Shown here piece after piece: positions 38,871 to 51,653 of a DNA stretch of 64,000 bases (the stretch's first letter is position 1; each line of letters begins with the position of its first letter). Below the pieces are notes generated by a model. The model made no database searches. It was not told the origin of the DNA and saw nothing but the letters and a program-made list of their open reading frames with translations. Made by a program: the position numbers and the translations under genes. Source of the stretch: Octopus sinensis (lineage: Eukaryota); the NCBI RefSeq assembly GCF_006345805.1, contig NC_042997.1, positions 145,948,001 to 146,012,000 of the forward strand. The letters run 5' to 3'.

Positions 38871-41067
38871 TTATTATTGCCTTTGTACAGCTTTTAACGC
38901 TGGAGATGTACTACGGTGTCAGCTGTTCACTACCAGTGAACTAAGGTAACACCTCTTATTTTTCGAGCACCTTCCGGAGTATTCGAGCGGTTCCAAGCAG
39001 TGCTGTTTTCTGCAAGTGCTCCACCCTTATTGCAGCACCTATTTGTTCCATGTACTTCTCGAGAGTTTTACTCACTGTTCTCGACAATTATTGGTACTCC
39101 CACCACCTGTTTCATCGATCACAACTGCTTAACTTCCCAAGCTAACCTGTCAAACCTATCAACTTTCTTCCTTATCGCATACCTTGTTGTCAGCTAGGCA
39201 TGCTATGTCTATGATCCAGCATAGAATGTTTTCTGTCTCAATTAATGTCTGGCTTCATATTCTCTATCTCATGGTCACACTGAATCATAAAAATCCTATA
39301 GGATCTTTGCATTATCATTTTCGATGATGCCTTCGGGTTAGTGGTCGCACCTATCTTTTTTCTGTATCAAGTCCTTTCTTGTTGCAGAGTGTCCAGCGGA
39401 CAAGCCTGGCTATATTGTCGTGGTGTCTCTTATATTCCTTCTGGGCTAGTGGCATACATTGGCTGGTAATATGCCATACAGTTTCACCATTTTGTCCACA
39501 GATTCTGCACTTATCACTTTCTGATGTGTAGTCTTCTCTTTATTGTATGTAGCTTGTTCTTAGTGCTTGCTCTTGGGCAGCACAGATTAGAGCCTCCATT
39601 TTCGGTTTTAAATTACTTTTATTTATTTGTAGCCATCTTTTTTCTCTGTCTGTCTTATCTTCAACATCCCTATAAAATTTCTTTATCCACCTATTTTCAA
39701 TTTCCTTCGTTTTCAATTGCTTATACAGTGCTTTATTTTTGCAATCTTCCATCCTACACAAGCCTGACCTTACTTCTAATAATAGCGGTTCTGTGGCATT
39801 TTTTTTTACATATCATGCTATGTTGTTTTCTTCTGCTCTAATGCTGTGTTCGCATCCAATAAGTCCTCCCCCCTCTTTTTCTTGATACATACAGTCTGTC
39901 TGTGTCACTTTTTGGGTGGAGTGTCCCATATCTAGTTAGCAACTTCCTTGTCTTTCTCTCTAGGCTGTTTAGTTCGTCTACTGTCCATGCGATTACCCCT
40001 GCTCCATATCTAAGGAGTGAAACTTCCCAGGTTGTTGATAGATTCAATCTTATTCCGTCCGTTTAATTTCGACTTTAGGATCAGTCTCAGTTTGCGCAAG
40101 TACTCCACATTAATTTTTTCTGTCATTTCTTTCTCCATCAATTTTTCCATTTCCAAAAAACCCAAGCACTTATAGCCCGTCTCTTCTATCTGCTTCATAA
40201 CCTCCACCCACGGTTTCTTTAGCCCGTTCATACGTAATTTGTAGCATACAGTTTTAGGTCATCCATATATAAGATGTGGCTGATCGTTTTGCCGTAACAG
40301 TTGTATCCGCATCCAGTTCTGTTTAGCATGTCAGATAAAGGTGTCAGTGCCAAGCAGAAAAGGAGTGGAGAGAACGTGTCTCCCTGGAATATTCCTCTTC
40401 TAATGGGATGGCTTTCGTTTTTATGAGTCCCTCTTTTGTTTGGAGCTGTTGCACTGTCTGCCATTTATTCATAGTGTTTTATATATTTTATGATTATTGG
40501 TGTTACCTTGTTCATGGCTAGTGTTTCTAGGATCCATGTGTGGGGAATACTATCAAAAGCCTTTTGGTAATCGATCCAGGTCATACTCAGACCATTCTTC
40601 TTTCTGCGGCTTTCTTCAGTTATGGCTTTATTGATCGTTAGTTGATCTTTACAGCCATATGAGTCCTTGCAGAATACTTCTGCTCTTCTGGAAACAGGTT
40701 GTTCTCTTCCATTTGTTTGCTCATTCTCTGTGATATTGCAGTAAAGGCATTGTAAATTGTAGGGAGACAGGTTATTGGTCTGTAATTTTGTGGGGATGCC
40801 GTTTCAGTGGATTTGGGAATTAGGATAGTTTTCCCTTTCGTGAGCCATTCAGGCATTGTCTCTGGCTCTGCTAGTATGTCATTAAATTTCTCAGTCAGCT
40901 TTTTGTGTGATCCTGTCAGATATTTTAACCAGAAGTTAGGGATCTTATCGTGCCCGGTTTCCTTCCAGCTGCTTAGATTTTGTAGTGCCTGGGTGACCAA
41001 TTCAATTGTTATAGGGGTCCAGAGTTGTTCAGGTGCTGAGTTCGTTATTTTGATAGACCATTTTTGA
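38871..41067 (-). mobile_element. R4/Dong-clade non-LTR retrotransposon, 5'-truncated, frameshifted (RT + CCHC + REL endonuclease)
   Basis: ORF pieces: NYRPITCLPTIY, GIFQGDTFSPLLFCLAL, ISHILYMDDLKLY, YKCLG, RKTRKLLT..HPKSDTDRLYVSRKRGGR and LKPKMEALICAAQEQALRT. The 3' end lies next to a short (TTA)n. Confidence 0.9.
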
Positions 41068-41132
41068 AGTTATCATCATCATCACCATCATCATCATCGT
41101 CGTCGTCATCGTCGTGGTCGACGTCGTGGTCG

Positions 41133-41172
<40 letters not shown>

Positions 41173-41213
41173 TATAGACGTCGCACGTTATTATTATTAT
41201 TATAGACAACAAA

Positions 41214-41990
41214 TAGACGTTGAAGATATTGTATCTGCCGAGGGTTTGTACTGTTTGTCAAGTCGCAACAAGGCCCTCACACAGTTCCAAGTAATGCTGA
41301 CTTTTGCAATACATCTAGATTGTAGGGTATCTCTAAGGTTTTCAGATGTTTTTTTTTTCAGATTGAGTAGTATTGAACCCAATGCTCCGATGACTAGGGA
41401 TAATCTTTATGTTTGACTCTCATAGCTGCCACATCTTAGCGATCTCAATTCTCAGGTCTCCATATTTATCAACTTCTTCTCTTTCTTTAATGATGATATG
41501 TTGATCTCCAGTCACTGTCACGTCGATTATTAGGCACTCTATATCCGGACTTCGGTGTTCTAACACTTTGTCTATCTGGAAATCAAAATCCAAGAGGGCT
41601 TTCGCCTTCCCTTTTCGCCCACTATCTTTTCCGGTGTAAGTTGGTACAAAGCACCCGTAATCGTATATCCATACTTACGGCATAGTAGCCAATGGAAGTT
41701 TCGGGCTACTTTGTCGTGCCTAGCTTGTACTCATTCTGCGCAAGACTTTCACAAGAACTAACAATGTGAGTCTCACTTTCGACCCTCTTTCCACACATTC
41801 TGCAAAGGTCCGATTCACTTCTGTGCTATATAATCTTTTTACTGAGTTGGTATTCAATGCCTGGTCCTAGGCCGCGATGATTAGGCTTTCAGTATTCTTT
41901 TTTAGGGCACCCTTCTGGAGCCGCCTCCATGATGCTTCCTGGTCCTTTAATTTGTTTCACGATGGAACTGACCATGTAATTCCATATGGT
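41214..41990 (-). mobile_element. Second, divergent R4/Dong-type 3' fragment (CCHC + REL)
   Basis: Minus strand: LKKNTESLIIAA*DQALNT, CRMCGKRVESETHIVSSC, RHDKVARNFHW, HRSPDI..CLIIDV, KYGDLRIEIAKMW and VIGALGSI. Confidence 0.85.
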
Positions 41991-42015
41991 GTCGGGTTTC
42001 TTCTCTTTTATTGGC

Positions 42016-42130
42016 TCTTCTTCTTCTTCTTCTTCTTCTTCTTCTTCTTCTTCTTCTTCTTCTTCTTCTTCTTCTTCTTCTTCTTCTTCTTCTTCTTCTT
42101 CTTCTTCTTCTTCTTCTTCTTCTTCTTCTT

Positions 42131-42160
<30 letters not shown>
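42016..42160. repeat. (TTC)n microsatellite, about 48 units, followed by (TTA)n/(GAT)n
   Basis: Directly visible. Confidence 0.95.
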
Positions 42161-42161
<1 letters not shown>

Positions 42162-42419
42162 TTATTATTATTATTATTATTATTATGATGATGATGAAAG
42201 TCTTGAGAAATACAACAACCCAGGGTTTCCTGGTCGAAATAATTTATTTCGCCATTTGTCACGCTGATAAAAACAATATGGTTTTTCAGCCGCGTTCGAA
42301 GCTGATAACGTTTAAAGTGAAAGACACAAAGAAACACATGTAGAAGAACAAAGAGGATCTAACCAACATTACAACAAACATTTCATGTATCAAAAGTATG
42401 TAAACCAGATGGGAATGGT

Positions 42420-42760
42420 TTAAAGTGTGTCTGGTGGTCTATCTTTAATTTCCGCTAAGAAGTATTATTTAAAATACGGGCATAAAGAAAAAATCTCGTT
42501 TCTGGAATTTACACATTCAATGGAGGCTCTTAAGTTTTTCAAGAGGTACAGTTCCTAGAATGAACATATCGAACATCTTTTTGACCTATTGATATACGGG
42601 TTTGGTTTGGGAAAGGAATTTCCATTTGGTGTAATTAATGCTTTCTTCTTCTTCAAGTTTCCAGATTAATGCTGAGAGGGTTGTTTTATGCCTCTTCTCG
42701 CGGTGCCTAAAGGTCGAAAGATGCTTGTTGTATCTGAATTAACTTCTATTGTCAACAGAG
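42420..42760 (-). mobile_element. PLE GIY-YIG endonuclease C-terminal relic
   Basis: Minus strand NKHLSTFRHREKRHKTTLSALIWKLEEE...KWKFL..PYINRSKRCSIC...NSRNEIFSLCP matches the typical PLE C-terminus. Confidence 0.75.
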
Positions 42761-43099
42761 AGTGGAAATTGCTTTACTGATGAAGCCTAATATGATTAAA
42801 ACACTTCCATTGACTTCATCAGCTGACTTTAAAGATAAGATCTACTTTCATTTGCAACTTCCTTATGTTCTAAAAGTCTCAGCTAATCGATCATATTCAA
42901 ATGATCTCATGTTTTAAATTTTTAAGCGCTTTAAGCAGAAGTTTTAACTTACTAATTTCATAGGTAATCTTAGGTAATCGAAGCTTAACAACATTCTATA
43001 TTATATATGTGAGAACTTGCGGCGTATTTAGTATGCAGACTCACTTTCCCCTTGATAGTATCTTATTCAAATTGCTACTGAATTGTATGAATGGACATG

Positions 43100-44315
43100 T
43101 TAGGTTGGTGTAAAACTAATCGCAGTTTTTGTTCTCTTAAACTTTAATGCTTATTTTCGTATAAATGCTTACTAGCCACAGTTATGTACTATATTTTGAA
43201 GCGCAGATTTCGCAATAACTGTGCGTTCAGTGATTATTCATGTTCAAGTGTTAAATTAATGATTGAAAAAAGTATATTCTAGTGATTTTCTTGGACGAGT
43301 TCAAAATGGAACCCAGAGAAGCAGATACCGCTCACAATATCAACTAGGCTTTTAGCTAAGACCCAGTCACGGAACGTACTACTCAAAATTGTTTCGAAAA
43401 GGTTTGTAGAGAAAATGTTCCTCTTTACAATGAATGAAGAAGGTCCGAAGGAAAAGCTTCTTCACTTGACGAATATTTGAACTCCATCATTGAAGCGGAT
43501 CCCCGAGAAATAGCTCGTCAGGTTGTAGAAGAGCTACTAAACACTGAATATTTAACATTTTTTGATCTTTGCTTCACTCTGGAAAGTTGAAAAAGGTTGG
43601 TAGAAGAGTGAGAAGCTAAACGAAAACAGAAATTGCTGTCACGTACTCTACTTCGCGTTTCTTTTGCGCTAGTAAAGCGTTACCTTTCACAATCGCATTG
43701 TTACATTCGATGCTAAATGAATTATATACGATAATCTAAGACGTTCCACGTTGCGGCTCACCTGAGGTAAAGTACCAAAATATTTTTTGAAACGAAAATA
43801 GCATCAAAATAAAACAATTGTCAGTGTTTTATGGTCGACTTGTGAGACGACCTGTTACTGTTAAGTTCTGTCGTCATCACCACAAGAAATAATCATTGAC
43901 AGGAAATCATCAAGATTCAGCAAAAGATTACAATCTTTGCGTCTAGCATTGGCTTATCAAAAATATGAAGCCTTCTTCATTTTAGCGCCCGACTGTCCCA
44001 CAGTAATCACACAGATTACGTATCTTACCCAGGTTCCTCCCCAGATCTCTGTCTAGCTGTCTCTTCTCCACGTATTTTGTAAGCATCATGGTAACTTTCA
44101 AATATAAAAAGTCTTTAACCGAATACACGCTCAAAGCACTTCCAAGAATTCTTCAGTTCCAGAAAACTAGAATTTTATGCAATAGAATAAATAGACTTGT
44201 TTCTTGGCAAACACGAGTAGAATCTCGTGGTTATTATTTCGATTAATAAAAATTTATTCCGAGCAGAGATATATTGCTTTAATTTTAAACCTCAGTTACG
44301 TATGCACCAGCTTGA
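43100..44315 (+). mobile_element. Full-length decayed mariner, Hsmar1-like (cecropia subfamily)
   Basis: Left TIR ttaggttggtgtaaaactaatcgcagttttt; right TIR aaacctcagttacgtatgcaccagcttga followed by TA. The translation follows Hsmar1 throughout: IFLDEFKM..EADTAHNIN, IIEADP, RIVTFDAK*IIYDN, SPDL, FQEF..YA..INRLVS.WQ..V...GYYFD*. Confidence 0.88.
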
Positions 44316-44439
44316 TAACGTGATGGTATATTTTTATCATTTATCAACTATTTCCGTCATAAAACTTATACAATTTCACGAGGCAGTCATTGGAGTATTT
44401 TAAATGATCATCTGCTAGTCAAAAGAGCAATTTTTCAAA

Positions 44440-45050
44440 TTACATTCTAAAGAAGCTTATAAGATTAATGTTCGTAAATCTTTTTAACAATTGTTAACTT
44501 CGGTTTCAAACCTTTTACAATACAACACAAAAATGATTAAACTCAGCTCAAATTTTAAATGAATTATATTTTTGACTATTATCAGGACAATTTTTTTAAT
44601 ATTCCCAACTGCTAATGGCTTTTCTAGTGTAACAATAAATGAGTTAACTGTAGTCATTTGTTTGAAATTCGTTGGTTGAGATGTTTGCCTGGCTAGAAAA
44701 ACCTTCCTGAGGCTCATTTCCTTACATGAAAGAAACTACAGATTAATGTTTAAATGATGACATTGATAAATCGTCAGTTTCGTTTTTCTTTTATTTAGAA
44801 CTTTATTATTAGAAAAAAAGACTCGATTGATAGGTTTAGAAATGTTGAATAGGCTGATTTGGTTTTGTGGTTCTTATTCTCTTTGGCAGAACATTTGTTG
44901 AAAAAGAAAATTTCAAAGACAGGGAAAATGACCAACTTGCTTGTAAGATGTATCAGAAATTATAATGTCGGGTTCAAGGAAATTATTCATCGAAGCAGGT
45001 TGGTTAAAGACTTTTCTCCTGCTGGTATTCTTGCAAGACCGAAGCGATCA
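44440..45050 (-). mobile_element. Possible hAT (Charlie-like) N-terminal relic
   Basis: Weak matches: TKPNQPIQHF (cf. MKPxKLxRHL), FKQMTTVN and EKPLAVGN (cf. KPHTIGE). Confidence 0.3.
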
Positions 45051-46280
45051 AATGTATGAGGAAGTTATTGACTGATATCTGCAGGTCTTGACTTTTGTGA
45101 CAAAAGTCAGCAGGTTAAAGCTGTGAGAAGCATTGAATATTTGTAAATAGATGAGATCGAAATCTAGCATTGTTAAATAAACTATCATCAAAACAGTATC
45201 TGATGTTAACACCTGGCCTAAATTACCTGTAAGAAGTTATAAAAACATCACAGACAACTATAAGAAAAAGAACATAGGTGTAAGAAAGCGACCCTGCTAA
45301 AATCAACATGTAACTGAGGACGGCTCAGTTAGTTCTGACGCAAACAACCTGATATATCGATGTGCAATGCTTGAACAAGTGAGGCGATTTGTTTTGGCAG
45401 CCAAAACTTTTGAAGTATTATCCATATGAGATCACTTCGTACAGTGGCAAAAGCCTTTTCTAGGGCGTATAAGATAAAGAAGGTTGAATTTATAGACGTC
45501 TTTTACACACACACAAAAAAATTGCCAATTTGCCACGAGAAATGCGAACAGCCATATCGAAATTCAGGAAAAAAAAACTCCTTCATGAGGATCTAGAGGT
45601 GATATAGAAGGGTTTTGGCAAATATTTATCCCGCGGGGGGGGGGGGGGCAATGATATTCCACGATGATTTTCACAATACTTTCAATCTCCTTTCTTGAGG
45701 CGATAAAAGACACTTTTAAATGCGCTTGGGACATGTAGGTCTTCCCATATTTTTAAGATTAGAGTGAAGTGTGAGAAGTAATTCCTCATGTTTCAGTAAT
45801 TCAAGAGGATGTAATCTGGGTCCGGGGATTTTCATAGTTGCGGAATTCAAACAGTATTTTCTCTCATTTTTTTTACCTCTCTTATTTTCTAGTTTTACCT
45901 TAAACCTTTCCTGCACTCTATTGCTTATGCACTTCCACACATGTAACTGATGCTTTCCTTCTTTTACTGTTGCCGTCCGTTCATTTATGCATATTCCTTT
46001 ATTCACAAACATTCGCAAACGTTTTCTTATCTCAATATGCATACTTTCACAAATTTACACACACACATATAAAGTACACTATCACGCACACAAACTCATC
46101 ACTCCCACTTAGATCCGCTTCCAGACACAGATACACTCTGACATGCATCTATAAACCATAACTTCCTCTCTTCTTAACTAACCCCTAAAGAATAAAATTC
46201 CTCGCTCTTGTTTCTTACTCTCCGCTTTCATTCCGTGTCCTTCTTGCCTTGTCTATATACTTTCAATATTTCTATTTCTC

Positions 46281-46705
46281 AAGGCAGCGAACTGACAGAA
46301 TAGTTAGCACGCCAGGCCAAATGCTTAGCGACATTTCGTCAGTCTTCACGAACTGAGTTCAAATTCCGCCTAGATCGACTTTGCTTTCATCTTTTCGGGA
46401 TCGATAAAATAAGTATCAGTTGAACACTGTGGTCGATGTAATCGACTTATATCTTCCCACTAAACTTGCTGGCCTTGTGTCAAAATTCGAAACCAATATT
46501 TATATTTCTCAAGGCTGTAAACGAGCTGGATCGTTAGTACGCCAGGCAAAATGCTTAGCGACATTTCATCCGTCTTTGCGTTCTGAGTTCAAATTCCGCC
46601 GAAGTTTAATTTGCCTTTCGTTAATCGGATACAGGGATCGATGTAATCGATGTTTCCCTCCCCTAAAATTGCTGGCTTGGTGCCAAACTAGAAGCCAATA
46701 TTTAT
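46281..46705 (+). mobile_element. Two adjacent SINE family A copies (about 46281-46500 and 46510-46705)
   Basis: Both carry the aaggc.g..gagctgg/ttag.acgccaggc head and the ggccttgtgtc/gcttggtgcc tail. Confidence 0.8.
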
Positions 46706-46990
46706 CTTTCTCGTTCTTCATATGATTCTCAGTGTCTTCGTTTTCTTCTGACGAAGGAACAACAGCTGAATATATAAGACTACCTCCTTTACTATTAATG
46801 CATTAAATCTAATACCATATATGCCAAACGGAATTTTTCTTGTGTTGTTCTGTACAATTTTACTGACTTTACATCACTATGGGTGTGTCAGTGTGTGTGT
46901 GTGTGCGCATGCGTAGGCGCACGTGTGTGTGTTTTTACATGGATTCACTGAAAAAGTATTTAGATTATTTTTATTATAACTAGATATCAG

Positions 46991-47375
46991 TAAGGCGGCG
47001 AGCTGGCAGAAACATTAGCACGCCGGGCGAAATGCGTCGCTGTATTTCGTCTGTCATTACGTTGTGAGTTCAAATTCCGCCGAGGTCGACTTTGCCTTTC
47101 ATCCTTTCGGGGTCGATAAATTAAGTACCAGTTATGCACTGGGGTCGATGTAATCGACTTAATACCTATGTCTGTCTTTGTTTGTCCCCCCCTATGTTTA
47201 GTCCCTTGTGGGTAATAAAGAAATAGGTATTTGAGTTCAAATTCCGCCGAGGTCAACTTTGCATTTCATCCTTTCGGGGTCGATAAATTTAATACCAGTT
47301 GAGTACTGGAGTCGATGTAAACGACTAGTCCCCTTATCTAAAGTTCAGGCCTTGTGCCTATAATAGAAAGGATTA
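46991..47375 (+). mobile_element. SINE family A tandem dimer (full copy plus truncated copy from about 47226)
   Basis: aaagaaata|ggtattt|gagttcaaattccgcc junction. Confidence 0.9.
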
Positions 47376-47639
47376 TAACTAGATACAATAGTGAATTGTT
47401 TGTTGTCTGTTGGAACGGCAGCGTGAAACGCAGAACTTAATTCAAGGAACTTCACCTTCTAATGAAATATTTCCATTCCAATTTATGTATTGAATATTCT
47501 ATTTTCATTTGTAAATACAAACTTTCTTCAATCCATATATATTATTCTTATTGCATATTTTTAGGTAATTCGTTCTGTACTTATCGCTCGTGTGTCTACG
47601 TAATTTTTACTCGTTGGTGACGTCCTGTACTTGATGTAT

Positions 47640-48175
47640 CTTATACATGGTGGCTGCCCCCTCGTTATCGAGTATGGCCATTGCACGAAGCTTAATCAAT
47701 GTTATTATCGTGCAATGCCTGTGCAAGAAGATTTTATTTAAAGTGAGGAATGGCTGTGCACTGAGTCAATCCCACTCACTAAGCAACAGCAGCCATAATC
47801 CGAAAAGAAGAACATCATCGGTAACCACTGAGCCGCAGATTTTATGTCGGAGTTATCCCAGTTACCTGAGTTACCTTCTCCTAGAAGGATGCCCTAACAA
47901 AGGCTAGAAGTCCTTCACTCCCAATGGTTTAACCGCGCGATCGGGTATTCAGTCCGAATTTTCTATGTCCCCGCGCATGATACAGCCTTAAGACATTTAT
48001 TGGATGGCCGTTGACTCTCAAGAGTTCCTCCGCCCTTTGACGGGTTTTGTTTTTCATCCCGCAGGGTGACCAGTAAACACCCTCCTCACCAAGCAAGCTT
48101 GGTGGGGTTGCCGGTTTAGTCGCAGACGACCCGACCATGCAACAGGTTGTACTGGGTTACATGGTACCAGTAGCA
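47640..48175. repeat. GC-richer interspersed repeat fragment(s), probably LINE UTR-derived
   Basis: Composition shift and no credible protein motif. The family is not assignable by eye. Confidence 0.35.
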
Positions 48176-48399
48176 CTTATACATACATACATACATACAT
48201 ACATACATACATACATACATACATACATACACACATACACACACATACATACATGCATATATATATATATAAAATTAATGTACATTTATACACAAAAGAA
48301 GTGACCCTAACAGGACACCTCACATGCTAAAAGGAACAAACCACGATTAAGAGTAATTTCGAAGGGGATGAAAAATAAAAACATTTTCAATAGTTACAA

Positions 48400-48468
48400 C
48401 TTGCACCTAGGTTTTGAACATTAATGAACGAATAAAGTAATTTGTTATCTATGTTCTTCATCAGCAAG
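48400..48468 (-). ncRNA. Hammerhead-like motif, probably inactivated (G12A, N17=G)
   Basis: Minus strand: CTTG-CTGATGA-A-GAACAT[loop]ATGTTC-AAAAC-CTAG-GTG-CAAG. Palindromic ACCTAGGT. Confidence 0.6.
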
Positions 48469-48819
48469 GGCGCTAAAAATTAACGTATAAGTATGGGACA
48501 AATAGACAGCACAAATCCCATCTTTATACATTATAATTTTTCAAATCCACCGTGTAAGCGCAGTTATAGTCGGCAGCCAATAAAAATGTATGTACCAACT
48601 TTCTTCAAAATTACGAAAATCATATTAAGAAAATATATATAGGATAGGAAAATTAGATATGTTTTCTACCAGTGGTTAATAGTCAATAGACAACATATTA
48701 TTCATATAAAATATTATTCAAATAAAATTAGCGTACATTTATACACAAAAGAGGTGGCTCATGCTAGTCACTGGTAGAAAATTTCTCTAATTTTCCTACC
48801 TTATATATATTTTTTTTTC

Positions 48820-48877
<58 letters not shown>

Positions 48878-49575
48878 CATGCCACACGGATACACCCAAC
48901 AGACATGGACACACATGCGAACAAACACATACACACTAACGCACACGGAACACACTAATAAACATTAACCACACACATACACACACACACAAACGGGCAC
49001 ACATATACACATACCATCCTACCCCCAAAAATTCTTTAAATAACACTCATCTATTTACACCACCCTGGAACCAATCAAAAACAGCCCCCCCCCCACAAAC
49101 ACATGTATACATATATATGCACACACACAAGGACACACACACTCACACCAATCTCACCTCCATACAGACACACATATACACACGCAGCACCATGCCAAAT
49201 GCCATCCACACACAACATACATACACACACACACACACACACACTCACAACACCAAGACAACCACACACGCGGTTGACAAACGGACACACCATCCTACCA
49301 GATCTTACAGACACACAGACATCTATTCACACCACATATGTATGTATGCACGCAGACACACACACACACACAAAGACACACACACTCACCCCATCCTGAC
49401 TCCAAAATCATTGATGCTTGAAGGAGAGACAAAAAAAAGAAAAAAAGGGTAAATTCTTTTCAGTTCCACATTTCTCCTCCTAAACGGACAGGTCAGTTTT
49501 AGCTTCACCACTATTATAATGTAAATCTTTTTGAACTCATAATATTCTGTACGTGTATACTGAACTTTTTTAATA

Positions 49576-49920
49576 ATTCCTCCTGGAAATTATCTTGGGA
49601 TGTATAATATATTTGTTGTAATCTTTTGTGCCTATTATTTCAATGAGCTTGTTAAACCTTTTTATATTCTCAACATACTCTTGTCCCCAAAGAATGTATA
49701 TTTATATGGATTATAGTACTCTGTGTCAACCAATATTCTGTGCATGTTTGAATATACAGATACAATACCAATATCAATTCCTTCTGGAAACTATCTTAAG
49801 CATGTCCTTGAGAACGATTAGTTATGTAGTAATCTTTTGTGCCCAATATTTTAAGGAACTTGTTGAACTTTTATGTACTTAACATGACCCTGTTACCAAA
49901 GACTGTATATATGTAATGTA
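49576..49920 (+). mobile_element. Diverged tandem duplication (about 200-bp period), probably PLE 3' coding end
   Basis: aattcctcctggaaattatctt...gtaatcttttgtgcc recurs at about 49776. The translation CNLLC...SLLNL...YSCPQRMY resembles the PLE C-terminus, and an HHR motif follows. Confidence 0.35.
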
Positions 49921-49966
49921 GCAATTTTAAGCAACCAATAATTAACGCAACCAAACTTCTACATGT

Positions 49967-50009
49967 TACTTTTGACAATCTTTTTCCAAAGAGTGAAACC
50001 GGTAAAGTA
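49967..50009 (+). ncRNA. Hammerhead-like motif with U3/A8 core
   Basis: TACTT-TTGACAA-TCTTT[ttcc]AAAGA-GT-GAAAC-CG-GTA-AAGTA. Perfect 5-bp helix I, palindromic ACCGGT. Confidence 0.55.
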
Positions 50010-50117
50010 AATAAACATCTTTTAAATTGCATTTTCAAACCTTCTTTCGTATATTATTCCACTCGCGCGGTACCCCACAACTCCACTTTGTTATATATAT
50101 ATATATATATATATATA

Positions 50118-50159
<42 letters not shown>

Positions 50160-50164
50160 TATAT

Positions 50165-50173
50165 ATAATAATA

Positions 50174-50247
<74 letters not shown>

Positions 50248-50287
50248 TAATAATAATAATGATATATAATAATATAATAATAATAAT

Positions 50288-50325
<38 letters not shown>

Positions 50326-50340
50326 TTAATAATAATATTA
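50165..50340. repeat. Imperfect (TAA)n microsatellite
   Basis: Directly visible. Confidence 0.9.
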
Positions 50341-50666
50341 GGGAGTATAACTCCAAACTTACAGGGAAAAATTCAATTTAGTATTAAATCAAATTTCACA
50401 ATGTAAATATATAAAATATATTTTTATATATATTTTATATATATATAAATCTTCAGGTGCAATCCTGACTTACACTCATGGATATATGTAGGATTGCACC
50501 TAAGGACTCATGCTTTGGTTTCTATAACTTCGGAAAGTTCAACTATGAACTTTTATGCCTCTTTTTTCTTTTCTGTTTCTATCTCCTTATTCTTTTACTC
50601 CCTTTCTCTATGTTATCATCTTATTGATATATAACATTCTCATTTTCCATATTTTCCCACCAATTT

Positions 50667-50722
50667 GTCTTTGATGACGAAATATCCCATACTCGAGGAA
50701 ATACCAGAAACAGCTGAAAGAT
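50667..50722 (+). ncRNA. Decayed hammerhead-like motif (C3U, U16.1A)
   Basis: GTCT-TTGATGA-...-GAAAC-AGCT-GAA-AGAT. It resembles the 6010 motif and has a palindromic loop AGCT. Confidence 0.45.
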
Positions 50723-50798
50723 TTTAAATTTCTCCCTGTAATAATATTGTATATGACTCGAGATGTTTGCCTCGCCTTATTGCTTGACGTCCTGCTTA

Positions 50799-50918
<120 letters not shown>

Positions 50919-51304
50919 ATGAGCGTCCATGTACATGTGTGTAAATATCTGAGTGTGAACGTGTGTGAGCGTTCATGCATGTGCGTATGTGTTTCTAAAA
51001 AATACATTGGTGAAAATAATACTGTAGCAAGGTTTTAGATTTAGCAATATTGTTGATGTTAAACTATTATTACTATACTAAACAGCAAAGTGTGTTGTAA
51101 TATGGTATAAGGAAAACAAATTAACGTAAATATGGCTGACGAAATATGATATTTATGTTCAGTAAATGTAACATATTATGTGAAATTTTAAAATCATTTT
51201 CAAGTCGTATATTTATTTATATTAGGACATTTAAGTCATATAATCTATCAACAATAGTTGTTATAACTTTTAGCATATAAGGCATATATCATATATATTT
51301 ATCA

Positions 51305-51400
51305 CAACTGGTACGTAGGGTGCAGACATGGCTTTCTGATTAAGAAATTTGCTTCGCAACAGCACGGTTTCGATATTGTTTCTGCAGTGCAGTATCTGAG
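51305..51400 (+). mobile_element. SINE family B head fragment
   Basis: ggtgcagacatggctttctgattaagaaatttgcttcgcaacagcacggtttcg. Confidence 0.55.
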
Positions 51401-51653
51401 ATTCGTGTAGATGTCTTTTGACTTATAAAATATTACGAATCAAAACTGCGTAAATGTAAACTGTTTGAGAAGTGTCATATACGGTCTTTTGTTGTTTCCG
51501 CCGCCCGGTTTACCATCACCGACTGATCCTTAGGTACTTTGAGCAAGGTCTACACTGTTGTAAGTATTTGAAACATATATCGAGATTGAGGTAAACTTCC
51601 CGTATTCTCAGAAACTCTCTGAGAAATTAACCTAAACACGAATTTCTATAATA

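Noticed and set aside
49576-49990. Kinase-like reading on the minus strand (KSNM*KFGCV, EIIGTKDY)
   Set aside because: Only short, gapped resemblance with no other subdomains. The plus-strand PLE-end plus HHR reading fits the context better.
51534-51559. Micro-exon ending at a gtaagt donor
   Set aside because: 26 nt, weak acceptor, no supporting neighbours.
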